Made by a program: the position numbers and the translations under genes. A stretch of DNA of 64,000 nucleotides, from positions 288,001 through 352,000 of the forward strand of contig CAXXET010000006.1 in the NCBI GenBank assembly GCA_963666115.2, in the 5' to 3' direction. Shown here piece after piece: positions 21,725-31,862 of the stretch. The notes under the pieces were generated by a model. The model was not told where the DNA came from, searched no databases, and saw nothing but the letters and a program-made list of their open reading frames with translations. The stretch is from Dehalococcoidia bacterium (lineage in GTDB: Bacteria; Chloroflexota; Dehalococcoidia; UBA6926). Within the stretch, counting starts at the first letter, position 1; every line of letters starts with the position of its first letter.

Positions 21725-24700
21725 TCTCTCTCTCCTCTATGTCTCCGTCCGCGAAGTCATCCACGCGCAAGGCCCCGCTGAGGGCCAGTTCCAGCGCCGG
21801 AACGTCGGGGTCTTGCAGCAGCTCGATTGCGAGGCCCAGGCTCTGCAGTTCCATCTGCAGAACGTGGAAGGACTCCGGGATGCCGTGTTCAATCACGTCC
21901 TCGCCCTTCACGATGGCCTCATAGGTCTGCTGCCGGCCCTGCACGTCATCCGACTTGATCGTGAGCATTTCCTGGAGGTTGTGGGCGGCGCTGTACGCCT
22001 CAAGCGCCCAGACCTCCATCTCTCCGAACCGCTGCCCGCCGAACTGCGCCTTGCCGCCCAACGGCTGCTGCGTGATCAGCGAGTACGGCCCCGTCGAGCG
22101 GGCGTGAATCTTGTCCTCCACCAGGTGGATCAGCTTGAGCATGTAGATGTAGCCGACCGTCACCGGCTGGCCGAAGGGCTCGCCGGTGCGTCCATCCCGC
22201 AGCGTGACCTTGCCGAAGATGGGCGGGTGGTTGCCGCTCTGGCGGAAGCGCTCCTCCGTCTTCGCCACAACGCCGTCGGCGTCCAGCTTCTTGTGGGACA
22301 CTCCCTGCTGGTCAAGCCACAGCCGCAGGCAGACATCCTTGGCGACGCCGCGGACACGGTCGCTGAACACGGGCGCCGGGTCGATGCCCTTGTTCTTCAG
22401 CCACGCCTCCGCGATTTCCAACTCGAACGCCGGCTCGCCATGCTCTCCGGTGCGGACCGCTCCGGACTCATGGGCGATGTAGGCGCGGCCAAGCGCGTCC
22501 TCAATGGACTCCGGGTCTGCGCCGTCAAAGACGGGCGTCACGACCTGGAAACCGAGTTCGCGCGCCGCGGAGCCGATGTGGGTTTCCAAGATCTGGCCGA
22601 GGTTCATGCGGGAGGGCACGCCGATGGGGTTGAGGATGATTTCAACCGGCGTTCCGTCCGGCAGGTAGGGCATGTCCTCGATGGGCATGATGCGGGAGAT
22701 GACGCCCTTGTTGCCGTGCCGCCCGGCCATCTTGTCGCCGACGGAAATCTTGCGGGTTTGGGCAACCCAGACGCGCACCAGCTCATTGACGCCGGCCTGC
22801 AGGTCATCCTTTTGCTCGCCCGTCAGGATGCGGACGTCGATGACCTTGCCGTGCTCGCCGTGCGGCACGCGCAGGGAAGAGTCCTTCACCTCGCGGGCCT
22901 TTTCGCTAAAGATGGCGCGCAGCAGCTTCTCTTCGGGGGAAAGCTCCGTCTCGCCCTTTGGCGTGATCTTGCCGACGAGGATGTCGCCGGCGTTCACTTC
23001 CGCCCCGATGCGGATGATTCCCTTTTCATCGAGGTCGGCGAGGGCCTCTTCGCCCACGTTGGGGATGTCGCGGGTGATCTCCTCGCGTCCCAGCTTGGTG
23101 TCGCGGGCCTCAATCTCGTGCTTCTCGATGTGGATGGACGTGAACTTGTCCTCGCGCACGACGGACTCGGAGAGGATGATCGCGTCCTCGAAGTTGTAGC
23201 CCTCCCAGGACATGAACGCGCAGAGCACATTCTGTCCCAGGGCCAGTTCGCCCTGCACCGTGGAGGCGCAATCTGCGATGGGATCGCCCACCGTGACCTT
23301 TTCGCCGGGGGCCACCGAGGGTTTCTGGTTGATGACGGTTCCCTGGTTGGACCGCTCGAACTTGCGGACGCGGTGGGGATAGGTCTTGCCGTCGTCGCCC
23401 TTGATGATGATTTGCTCGGCCGTCGCCGTGACGACGGTTCCGTTAACGCGGGAGAGGAGAATCTGGCCGCTGTCCTTTGCGACGCGGGATTCCATGCCGG
23501 TGCCGACGATGGGCACGTCCGGGCGGACGAGAGGCACGGCCTGCCGCTGCATGTTGGAGCCCATCAGGGCGCGGTTGGCGTCGTCGTGTTCAAGGAACGG
23601 AATGAGGGCGGTGGAGACGCTGAAGATCTGCTTGGGTGAGACATCCATGAATTCAACGTCCACGGCGCGGGCGGTATGCGGCTCTCCCTGCCGCCTGACC
23701 TCGATCATGTCGGTGACCATCTCGCCAACGTCGTTGAGTTCCGTGTTGGCCTGCGCGATGTCGTGCCGCTCCTCTTCGTCCGCGTCAAGGTACTCGGACT
23801 CATCGAGCACAAAGGGGCGCACGGGGATGTCCAGCGGGGCAAGCCGCGCGATGGACTTGGCGAGTTCCGCAGAGACGACCGTTCCGGCCTCCGCGACCAG
23901 CTTCTTGCGCCGGTCCCTGACTTCCTCACGGAGCGTGTGGCCCTGAAGCCGCTTCGGCTCCTTGTTGGGGATGTCCTTGAGCACGCGGCGGTACGGGGTC
24001 TCGATGAAACCGAAGGGGTTGATCTTGGCGTAGGTGGCGAGCGAGCCAAGCAGGCCGATGTTCGGCCCCTCGGGCGTCTCAATGGGGCAGATGCGCCCGT
24101 AGTGGGAGTTGTGAACGTCACGCACGTCGAAACCGGCGCGCTCCCGGGAGAGGCCGCCGGGCCCCAGCGCGGAAAGCCGCCGCTTGTGCGTCAACTCGGC
24201 AAGCGGGTTCGTCTGATCCATGAACTGCGAGAGCTGCGAGCCGCCAAAGAACTCACGCAGGGACGCAACGATGGGGCGCACGTTGACGAGGTGGCCGGGG
24301 GTCGCGCCCTCCGGCTGCACCAGCGTCATGCGCTCCCGCGCCACGCGCTCCATGCGGAGGAGGCCGACGCGGAACTGGTTCTGGATCAGCTCGCCGACTG
24401 ACCGGACGCGGCGGTTCCCCAGGTGGTCGATGTCATTGGGCCGCGCCGCGCCGTTGTGCACGCGGATCATCTGCTTGATGAGCGCGATGATGTCTTCCGG
24501 CAGGAGGATGCGCGTTTCCGCGTCTACCTGCGAGCCAAGGCCGCGGTTGAGCTTGTAGCGCCCCACCCGGGCCAGGTCATAGCGGCGGGGGTCAAAGAAC
24601 AGGTGGTGGATGAGCGTCTTGGCGTTGTCCAGCACGGACGGCTCGCCGGGGCGCAGGCGCCGGTAGAACTCCAGCAGGGCTTCATCCGTCGTCCGCGCGT

Positions 24701-25475
24701 GAGGCTCACGCTCCAGGGTGGTGCGTATGAGGCTCGCATCGCCGGGCTGGTCCACGTCCGAGAACATGGAGAGAATCTCGTCCTCGTCGTAACCGAGGGC
24801 GCGGAGCAGCAGGGTGACGGGCATCTTGCGGCGGCGGTCCACCTTGACGCTGATGATGCTCTTGTTGGAGATATCGAACTCAAGCCACGCGCCGCGATTG
24901 GGGATGAGCTTGGTCATGCACAGTTCACGCCCCGTGGACGGGTCGCGCTCCAGCGTGAAATAGGCACCGGGGGAACGGACAAGCTGGCTGACGACGACAC
25001 GCTCCGCGCCGTTGATGATGAACGTGCCCCGGTCAGTCATGAGGGGAACGTCACCCAGGAAGAGGTCCTGTTCCTTGACCTCGCCCGTTTCCTTGACGGT
25101 CAACTCAGCCTTGACGTGGAGGGGGGCGGAGTAGTTGAGGTCCTTGTCACGGCACTCATCTTCGGAATGCTTGGGCTCGTCAAAGCGGTGTTCGACGAAC
25201 CGGAGCTGGAAGCGGCCGCCGACAGCATCGGCGCGGGCCTTGCCCTCCCGCACAAGCTCCAGTATCTCGCGCGGCGAGCGTCCGGCGCTGAGATCGGCGG
25301 GCAGGGTCTCCCGCGCGGCGTCCTGGATGGGGCTGATTTCAGAGAGGAGTTCGGCGATGCCGTCGGTCTTGAACCAGTTGAAGGAGTCGACCTGTATTTG
25401 GATGAGATTGGGCGGCGCGAGTATTTCATCGACCCGCGAGTAATTCTTGATTGACTCCCTCATGGCTGCGACCAT
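21711..25475 (-). CDS. rpoB: RNA polymerase beta subunit
   Basis: [37 protein letters not shown]; RBS AGGAG. Confidence 0.99.
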
Positions 25476-25593
25476 TCGGCGCTCCTTCCCTTACAGACAC
25501 AAAGCGCCCGCTCGCGGGGCGCGCTTAATTTGCCCAGCGAACAGGCATCAACGGTGCGAACTAACGGGCCGACGTCCACCCAAGCACAAACGA

Positions 25594-25622
25594 ATACTAT
25601 ATCACACGCGCGCAAACGTCAA
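25594..25622 (-). promoter_or_regulatory. Sigma70-type promoter of rpoBC
   Basis: TTGACG-N17-TAGTAT on the minus strand, about 120 bp upstream of rpoB. Confidence 0.6.
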
Positions 25623-25658
25623 CACGCGCCCTTGACAGGCCGCGCGGAGGCGGGCCGT

Positions 25659-26882
25659 CTACACGACTCTCCACCACGGCGCGGCCAGGATGCCAGGGGT
25701 GATCCAGTCCAGCAGATCGCCATCGTGGAGGAGGAGGCCGGCGCGGGCCTGCTCTCCGTACTCGGAGCGGAAGGCGCGGAGGTTGGCGGTGTCACGGAGG
25801 CGGGGGCGGGTGGTTGACTTCACCTCTATGGGCAGCAAGCGGCCCCCGGCCTCTATCACGAAATCGACCTCTTCTCCTGCCGCAGTGCGCCAGTAGAAGA
25901 CCTCGGCCCGGTCGATTCGGGAGTCGCGCCAGGCAAGCAGATCGTGGAGCGCCAGGTTTTCCAGGTGCGCTCCACGCGGATCATCCTCCTGCGCCAGGTG
26001 CATGGCCAAGCCGGTATCGCCCCAATACAGCTTGGGGGTCTTGATCAAGCGCTTGGTGCGATTCACGGCGAACGCAGGCAGGCGCAGTAGGAGGTGGGAC
26101 GTCTCCAACAGGTTCAGGTAGCGGCGCACGGTTGGCTGCGGCAGCGCGACGTCCCGCCCGAGGTCTGTCTGGTTGACCAATTGGCCGAGCCGCAGGCAGA
26201 CGGCGCGCATGAGGCGGCGAAAGTCGGGCAGGGCGGCTATCGAGGAGAGGTCCTGGAGGTCTCGCTCCAGGTACGTCCGCACGTACCCGTCGAACCAGAT
26301 TGCCCTATCGCTGGCAGACTCCAACTGGAGGGACGGCGCGGGAAAGCCGCCTCGTTTGGCGAGCAGCCTCCAATCCTCAGCGGCGGATTCGTGGGACGCC
26401 AGAACCTGCGGCCACTCTTCATCAGGGGAGGCGATCAACTCCTCCCAGAGGCCGGCGCGGCCCTTCGTCAACTGTTCACGGCGAGTCATCGGCCATAGCG
26501 TCAGGTAGCTGGCGCGTCCTGCCAGGGACTCCGACACCTGCCGCATGAGCAACAGGTTGGCTGAGCCGGTCAACAGGAACCGGCCCGGCTGGCGGCGCTG
26601 ATCGATGGCCCGTTTGATTGCGTGCAGGAAATCGGGTTCCCGCTGAACCTCGTCGATTGTGAGGGGGGCGTTCTCCTCCAGTATCGCCTGCGGCTCACGC
26701 CGCACGAGGTCGATCACGTCCAGGTCGTCCAGGCTGAAGAATCTCCGCCCGCCCGCCGCGAGGTCTTGGGCAAGGGTGCTCTTTCCCGTCTGCCTGGCGC
26801 CGGTGACGACAACGGCGGGCATCACGCGAAGCCGGTCTTCAAGGCTTGAGGCGACGAGGCGGGGCAGGGGGCTAGTAGTCAT
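25659..26882 (-). CDS. AAA_14 ATPase with DUF4143 (HTH plus restriction-endonuclease-like C-terminus)
   Basis: GARQTGKST, IDEVQR, LLTGSAN, ESLAGR, KTPKLYWGDTG, EVDFVIE..PIEVK. Confidence 0.9.
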   Translation of the reverse strand: MTTSPLPRLVASSLEDRLRVMPAVVVTGARQTGKSTLAQDLAAGGRRFFSLDDLDVIDLVRREPQAILEENAPLTIDEVQREPDFLHAIKRAIDQRRQPGRFLLTGSANLLLMRQVSESLAGRASYLTLWPMTRREQLTKGRAGLWEELIASPDEEWPQVLASHESAAEDWRLLAKRGGFPAPSLQLESASDRAIWFDGYVRTYLERDLQDLSSIAALPDFRRLMRAVCLRLGQLVNQTDLGRDVALPQPTVRRYLNLLETSHLLLRLPAFAVNRTKRLIKTPKLYWGDTGLAMHLAQEDDPRGAHLENLALHDLLAWRDSRIDRAEVFYWRTAAGEEVDFVIEAGGRLLPIEVKSTTRPRLRDTANLRAFRSEYGEQARAGLLLHDGDLLDWITPGILAAPWWRVV

Positions 26883-26883
26883 G

Positions 26884-26957
26884 GCATGAATGATAATCAT
26901 TCACGGTGTGAATGACAACCATACAGAGCATGAATGATAATCATTCACGGTGTGAAT
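26884..26957. repeat. Array of palindromic operator-like units with 22-bp period
   Basis: TGAATGATAATCATTCA at 26887 and 26931, degenerate TGAATGACAACCATACA at 26909, half-site TGAAT at 26953; 30-bp exact repeat at 26884 and 26928. Confidence 0.85.
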
Positions 26958-26986
26958 AGATTAGCACAACCGCGTGCCCTCCACGC

Positions 26987-27469
26987 TCACAGCCGGTCTA
27001 TCTCCTCCAGGTTGGCCAGGAAGTCACGGAAGGCGGTGGGAGGTTGGCCTGGGATTACGGTTACTGCGGAGTGGAGGGCCGTCACGAGGTCGTCTTCTAT
27101 TTGGAAGGGCATGTTGAGGGCGACCGACCATGCTGCCGCGTGCGCTAATGAGGCGGGGACGGCCTGTTCTACGGGGGAGTCCGCCTTTCGCATGATGAGC
27201 ACCGGGGTTAGGGCAGCGCCGTCGCGGGAGTCGATCATCAGTAGCTTGATGGCCAGGACGACGCCGGCGCCGCGCGAGGCCGTGTCCTTGAGGTGGTCGA
27301 GGACGTTCCTGCCCGGCATTCCGTCCTCGGACAAGAGGCTGCCGAGAACCACCGCCTCCTTCTCCTGCACGTTGAGGGCGAGCCTGTCTTCGCCCTCCGC
27401 GCTACGGAGGATGAGCACGTTCTGTTTCGTTTCGGCGTCTTCCGACACTCTCTCAACCAAATAGTTCAT
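26987..27469 (-). CDS. Divergent DUF151/bifunctional-nuclease-like protein
   Basis: VLILRSAEGEDRLALNV..EAVVL N-terminus and AFRDFLANLE tail resemble DUF151; the DxRPSDA motif is not evident. Confidence 0.5.
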   Translation of the reverse strand: MNYLVERVSEDAETKQNVLILRSAEGEDRLALNVQEKEAVVLGSLLSEDGMPGRNVLDHLKDTASRGAGVVLAIKLLMIDSRDGAALTPVLIMRKADSPVEQAVPASLAHAAAWSVALNMPFQIEDDLVTALHSAVTVIPGQPPTAFRDFLANLEEIDRL

Positions 27470-27482
27470 CGCCGCTCCAAAT

Positions 27483-27515
27483 CCCCTCTCCACGGGGAGA
27501 GGGTTAGGGTGAGGG
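27483..27515. repeat. REP/BoxC-like extragenic element
   Basis: CCCCTCTCCACGGGGAGAGGGTTAGGGTGAGGG: hairpin plus purine tail. Confidence 0.65.
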
Positions 27516-27582
27516 TATCTCCCCTTGTATACTGAACGGGCATTACCGACACTACAAGCAGCAGGCAAGGGACGGCATTTTG

Positions 27583-30078
27583 ATGGCAGCGGAGCGGCGC
27601 GCGGGGAACCCGTACAACCTCAAGTACGATCCCGTTGCGCTTGACCGGAAGTGGCAGGAGCGCTGGGAGGCGGACGGCCTCCACGAGGCGAACCCCGACG
27701 ATTCCCGCCCCGCGTGGTACGCGCTCACCATGTTCCCGTACACGTCAGGGGATCTCCATGTCGGCCATTGGTACGCCGAGGCCCCTGCCGACGCCCACGC
27801 GCGCTATATGCGGATGTGCGGCTACAACGTGCTCCATCCCATGGGCTTCGACGCATTCGGCCTGCCGGCAGAGAACGCCGCAATCCAGCGCGGCATTCAC
27901 CCCCAAACGTGGACGCTGGACAACGTGGATCGAATGCGCGGCCAGCTCAAGACCATCGGCGCGGGCTACGACTGGCGGCGTGAGGTCATCACCTGCCTGC
28001 CTGAGTACTACATGTGGAACCAGTACTTTTTCCTCAAGATGTATGAGAAGGGCATCGCCTATCGCGCCATGGCCCCGGTGAACTGGTGCGAGAAAGACCA
28101 GACGACGCTCGCCAGGGAGCAGGTCATGTCCGACGGCACGTGCGAACGCTGCGGCACGGTCGTCTACCAACGCGACCTCGAGCAGTGGTTCTTCCGCATC
28201 ACCGACTATGCGGAGGAGTTGCTGGACAACTCGAAGATAGATTGGCCGGAGCGCATCAACCTGATGCAGACCAATTGGATTGGCCGCTCCGAGGGCGCGG
28301 AGATTTCCTTTGGGCTGGACGTTCCCGGCGTGGACGCGGACGAACTGCGCGTGTTCACGACGCGGCCCGATACAACCTACGGCGTCACGTTCATGGCGCT
28401 CGCGCCTGAACATCCGCTGGTTCCCGCGCTGACGAGCGATGAGCAGCGCGCCGAGGTGGAGGCGTATGCGGCGCAGGCGCGGCGGTTGACGGAAATCGAG
28501 CGGCTGGCCGTCGATAAGGAAAAGACGGGCGTGCCGTTGGGCACGTACTGCATCAACCGGCTCAACGGTCAGAAGGTCGCTCTGTGGATTGCCGATTATG
28601 CGCTCGCCACGTACGGCACGGGCGCGGTCATGGGGGTGCCGGCGCATGACGAACGCGACTTTGAATTCGCGACGAAGTACGGGATTCCAATCGAGACGGT
28701 CATCGCGCCGGAGGGGTATGACGGCTCGCCGCTGAGCGAGGCGTATATCGATCCCGGCGTGATGGTCAATTCCGGGCCGTTCACGGGGATGCCGAATGAG
28801 GACGGCAAGGCGGCGGTCGCCCAGCGCCTGGAGGAGAACGGCTGGGGCGGCCCGACGGTGTCCTATCGCATGAGGGACTGGCTCGTTTCTCGCCAGCGGT
28901 ACTGGGGCACACCTATTCCGATCATCTATTGCGCCGAGTGCGGCGCGGTTCCCGTTCCGGAGGACCAGCTGCCGGTTGTGCTGCCGGACGATGCCGAGTT
29001 CCTGCCCACGGGTGAATCACCGCTGAAGCATCACGCGGGATTTCGTTACACGGCCTGCCCGCAATGCGGCAGCGAGGACGCGGAACGGGAAACGGACACA
29101 ATGGACACGTTCGTCGACTCCGCCTGGTACCAATTCCGCTACACCAGCCCGGACGCCGGCACGGACGCGGCGTTTGATCCCGCCGAGATGGCGCGGTGGG
29201 CGCCTGTTGACCTGTACACGGGCGGGGCGGAGCACGCCGTCATGCACCTGCTGTATGCGCGCTTTTTCACAAAGGCGCTGCGCGACCTCGGCCTGTTGTC
29301 GTTCGATGAGCCGTTCAAGCGGCTGTTCAACCAGGGCGTCATCCTTGGTGAAGACCACGAAAAGATGTCCAAGAGCCGCGGCAACGTGGTGAACCCCGAT
29401 GAGCAGACAGCGCTGCTTGGCGCGGATGCCGTGCGCGCCTACCTGATGTTCGTTGGGCCGTGGGACCAGGGCGGGGCGTGGAGCACGCAGGGCATCCGCG
29501 GCATCCCGCGCTGGTTCAATCGCGTGTGGGAATTGTGCGAGACGCGATGCCAAGCCGAGGGCGCCGCCGCGCCGTCCGGCATTGCCGCCGAGCTAACCCG
29601 TGAGACGCACCGCACGATTCAGAAGACCACCCAGGACGTTGACTCGTTCCAGTTCAACACGATGATCGCGGCGCTAATGACGTTTACGAACACGCTGTCA
29701 CGCATTGAGTCCGACAACCCGGACGCAGCGACAAGCCCGGAATGGCGTGAGGCGTACGACACGCTGCTCTTGCTGCTCGCGCCCATCGCGCCGCATCTGA
29801 CGGAGGAGTTGTGGGAGATGACGGGCAGGCCGTACTCCATCCATCAGCAATCTTGGCCGGAGTACGATGAGTCACTGACAAAATCGGAAGAGATCACGCT
29901 CATCGTGCAGGTGGACGGCAAGCTGCGCGACCGGCTGACGGTCGCGGCGGACATTGGGGAGGACGACGCCCGAACCGCCGCGCTTGCCAGCGAGAAGATA
30001 CAGATCGCGCTCAACGGCGCAGACCCCGCCCGCGTCATCTACGTGCCGGGCAGGCTGCTCAACCTCGTCACGCGCTAA
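27583..30078 (+). CDS. leuS: Leucine--tRNA ligase
   Basis: MFPYTSGDLHVGH, FTTRPDT, GTGAVMGVPAHD, SRQRYWGTPIP, KMSKS. Confidence 0.98.
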   Translation: MAAERRAGNPYNLKYDPVALDRKWQERWEADGLHEANPDDSRPAWYALTMFPYTSGDLHVGHWYAEAPADAHARYMRMCGYNVLHPMGFDAFGLPAENAAIQRGIHPQTWTLDNVDRMRGQLKTIGAGYDWRREVITCLPEYYMWNQYFFLKMYEKGIAYRAMAPVNWCEKDQTTLAREQVMSDGTCERCGTVVYQRDLEQWFFRITDYAEELLDNSKIDWPERINLMQTNWIGRSEGAEISFGLDVPGVDADELRVFTTRPDTTYGVTFMALAPEHPLVPALTSDEQRAEVEAYAAQARRLTEIERLAVDKEKTGVPLGTYCINRLNGQKVALWIADYALATYGTGAVMGVPAHDERDFEFATKYGIPIETVIAPEGYDGSPLSEAYIDPGVMVNSGPFTGMPNEDGKAAVAQRLEENGWGGPTVSYRMRDWLVSRQRYWGTPIPIIYCAECGAVPVPEDQLPVVLPDDAEFLPTGESPLKHHAGFRYTACPQCGSEDAERETDTMDTFVDSAWYQFRYTSPDAGTDAAFDPAEMARWAPVDLYTGGAEHAVMHLLYARFFTKALRDLGLLSFDEPFKRLFNQGVILGEDHEKMSKSRGNVVNPDEQTALLGADAVRAYLMFVGPWDQGGAWSTQGIRGIPRWFNRVWELCETRCQAEGAAAPSGIAAELTRETHRTIQKTTQDVDSFQFNTMIAALMTFTNTLSRIESDNPDAATSPEWREAYDTLLLLLAPIAPHLTEELWEMTGRPYSIHQQSWPEYDESLTKSEEITLIVQVDGKLRDRLTVAADIGEDDARTAALASEKIQIALNGADPARVIYVPGRLLNLVTR

Positions 30079-30108
30079 TCGCGTTGCCAAGTCGCGCGAT
30101 CGGTCGCG

Positions 30109-30537
30109 CTAGTCCTCCTGCCGCCACATCATGGTGGCGACGGCAAGGAAGGCGAGCGGCAGGCCGGCGTCGATGGTGATCCAGACGAGGCCCCTGTTCG
30201 CGCTGAGGTCCGCGCTGAGGATTGTATCCAGCACGAAGTTGCCCAGCAGGAGAATGAACAGGAACGCGATGACGAAGAAGGCCGCAGTGTGCGCCAGCCA
30301 ATCCCGCGTGACGATCATCTCCGCGCCGGACTCGTCGTCCATCTTGCGCCGCCACGTGTAGATGAGGGCGATGACCGCGCCGATGATGGCAAGCGGGTCA
30401 ATGACCGCCCAGCCCGCGCCGATGTCGAGCGAATCACCAAACCATTCGCCCAACAGCGGGCTGAAAACGAACCAGAATGCGATGGCCGCCGCCACGATGC
30501 AGAGATAGACTGCCGCCGGTTTTCGCCACTGCGCCAT
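30109..30537 (-). CDS. Four-TM hypothetical membrane protein
   Basis: RBS GGAGG, four hydrophobic helices, fills the gap between leuS and ispD. Confidence 0.7.
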   Translation of the reverse strand: MAQWRKPAAVYLCIVAAAIAFWFVFSPLLGEWFGDSLDIGAGWAVIDPLAIIGAVIALIYTWRRKMDDESGAEMIVTRDWLAHTAAFFVIAFLFILLLGNFVLDTILSADLSANRGLVWITIDAGLPLAFLAVATMMWRQED

Positions 30538-30636
30538 TACTCCACCTCCCGCGCTTTCGACCACGCTTGCCTGCTTCGCTTGCCGTCACGCCAATCCTAG
30601 CACGGAGACCACACGCTACGCGGTACACTTGTTGAC

Positions 30637-31371
30637 GTGAACGCCCTGGCAAACACCCCCGACCGAACCGTGACCGCGATCATCGTCGCCGCCGGCTCCG
30701 GCGAGCGCATGGGCGGCGTGCAGAAGGCGTTTCAGCCGCTGCTCGGACGCGCGATGGTCGCGTATTCCCTCCGTGTCATGGAGGACTCGCCCGAAATAGA
30801 CCGCATCGTTCTGGTGGTGGCCGCCGACTCTGTTGCGAAAGCCAAATCTCTGGTCGCGGCTATGGACCTGTGCAAGGTTGCTGCCATCTGCGCGGGGGGT
30901 GATACGCGCCGCGCATCCGTCCACGCCGGGCTGGAGGCCGCGCCGGAGAGCGCGTTCACGCTAATCCATGACGGGGCGCGTCCGTGCCTCACGCCGGAAC
31001 TCGTCGCGCGGGGCGCGGCGGCGCAAGGACATGGCGGCGCGGCGATTCCCGCCGTCCCCGCACAGGACACCATTAAGGAGGTAGGGCAGGGCGGGCGTGT
31101 GATTCGCACGCCGGACAGGTCAACGCTCTATGCCGCCCAGACGCCGCAGGTTTTTCCGACCGCTCTGCTTAGGCGCGCCCACGCGGAGGCCGCGCCCGAC
31201 CTGGCGCTGGATGACGCGAGCCTGTTTGAGGCGCTTGGCTGGCCGGTGCATATCTTCGAGGGCGATCCGGCCAATATAAAGGTCACGACGCCCATCGACC
31301 TGGTATTCGCCGAGGCCGTGCTGCGCCGGCGGGGTGTCGTGGAGCCGGACGGCTCGGGAGGGGGCGCGTAG
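30637..31371 (+). CDS. ispD: 2-C-methyl-D-erythritol 4-phosphate cytidylyltransferase
   Basis: AAGSGERMG, HDGARP, AQTPQVF, NIKVTTPID. Confidence 0.95.
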   Translation: MNALANTPDRTVTAIIVAAGSGERMGGVQKAFQPLLGRAMVAYSLRVMEDSPEIDRIVLVVAADSVAKAKSLVAAMDLCKVAAICAGGDTRRASVHAGLEAAPESAFTLIHDGARPCLTPELVARGAAAQGHGGAAIPAVPAQDTIKEVGQGGRVIRTPDRSTLYAAQTPQVFPTALLRRAHAEAAPDLALDDASLFEALGWPVHIFEGDPANIKVTTPIDLVFAEAVLRRRGVVEPDGSGGGA

Positions 31372-31862
31372 TGGCCTCCGCCCGTGTTGGACTCGGTTTC
31401 GACAGCCACCCGCTGGTGGAGGGCAGGGCGCTGATAGTGGCAGGCGTCAGGATCGAGCATGACCGGGGGCCGCTCGGCCATTCGGACGGCGACGTGCTGG
31501 CGCACGCGCTAACGGACGCGCTGCTTGGCGCGGCTGGGCTTGGGGACATCGGCCAGCATTTCCCAAGCACGGACGCCGCCTACAAGGACGCGGACAGCAT
31601 GGAGCTGCTGCGCCGGGCGATGGACCTGGTGGAGGGCCGTCAATTGCGGCTGGGAAACGCCGATGCTACGCTTTATGCGGACGCGCCCCGCCTTGGTCCG
31701 TACCGGGACGCAATGATTCACTCTCTTGCGATGAAACTTAGAGTCGAGCCTGACAGACTAAACCTCAAATTCAAGACCCTCGAAGGTCTGCCGCTGGGCA
31801 GCGCGGAGGGGGCCGCCGTCATCGCCGCCCACGTCATCGCCGCGCTTGAGGCCGGGGACTGA
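31371..31862 (+). CDS. ispF: MECDP synthase
   Basis: GLGFDSH, GHSDGDVLAHA..DALLGA, GDIGQHFP. Confidence 0.95.
   Translation: MASARVGLGFDSHPLVEGRALIVAGVRIEHDRGPLGHSDGDVLAHALTDALLGAAGLGDIGQHFPSTDAAYKDADSMELLRRAMDLVEGRQLRLGNADATLYADAPRLGPYRDAMIHSLAMKLRVEPDRLNLKFKTLEGLPLGSAEGAAVIAAHVIAALEAGD

Noticed and set aside
26884-26957. Possible mini-CRISPR array
   Set aside because: Only two 30-bp copies separated by 14 bp, the intervening DNA is itself a degenerate unit, and there are no cas genes.
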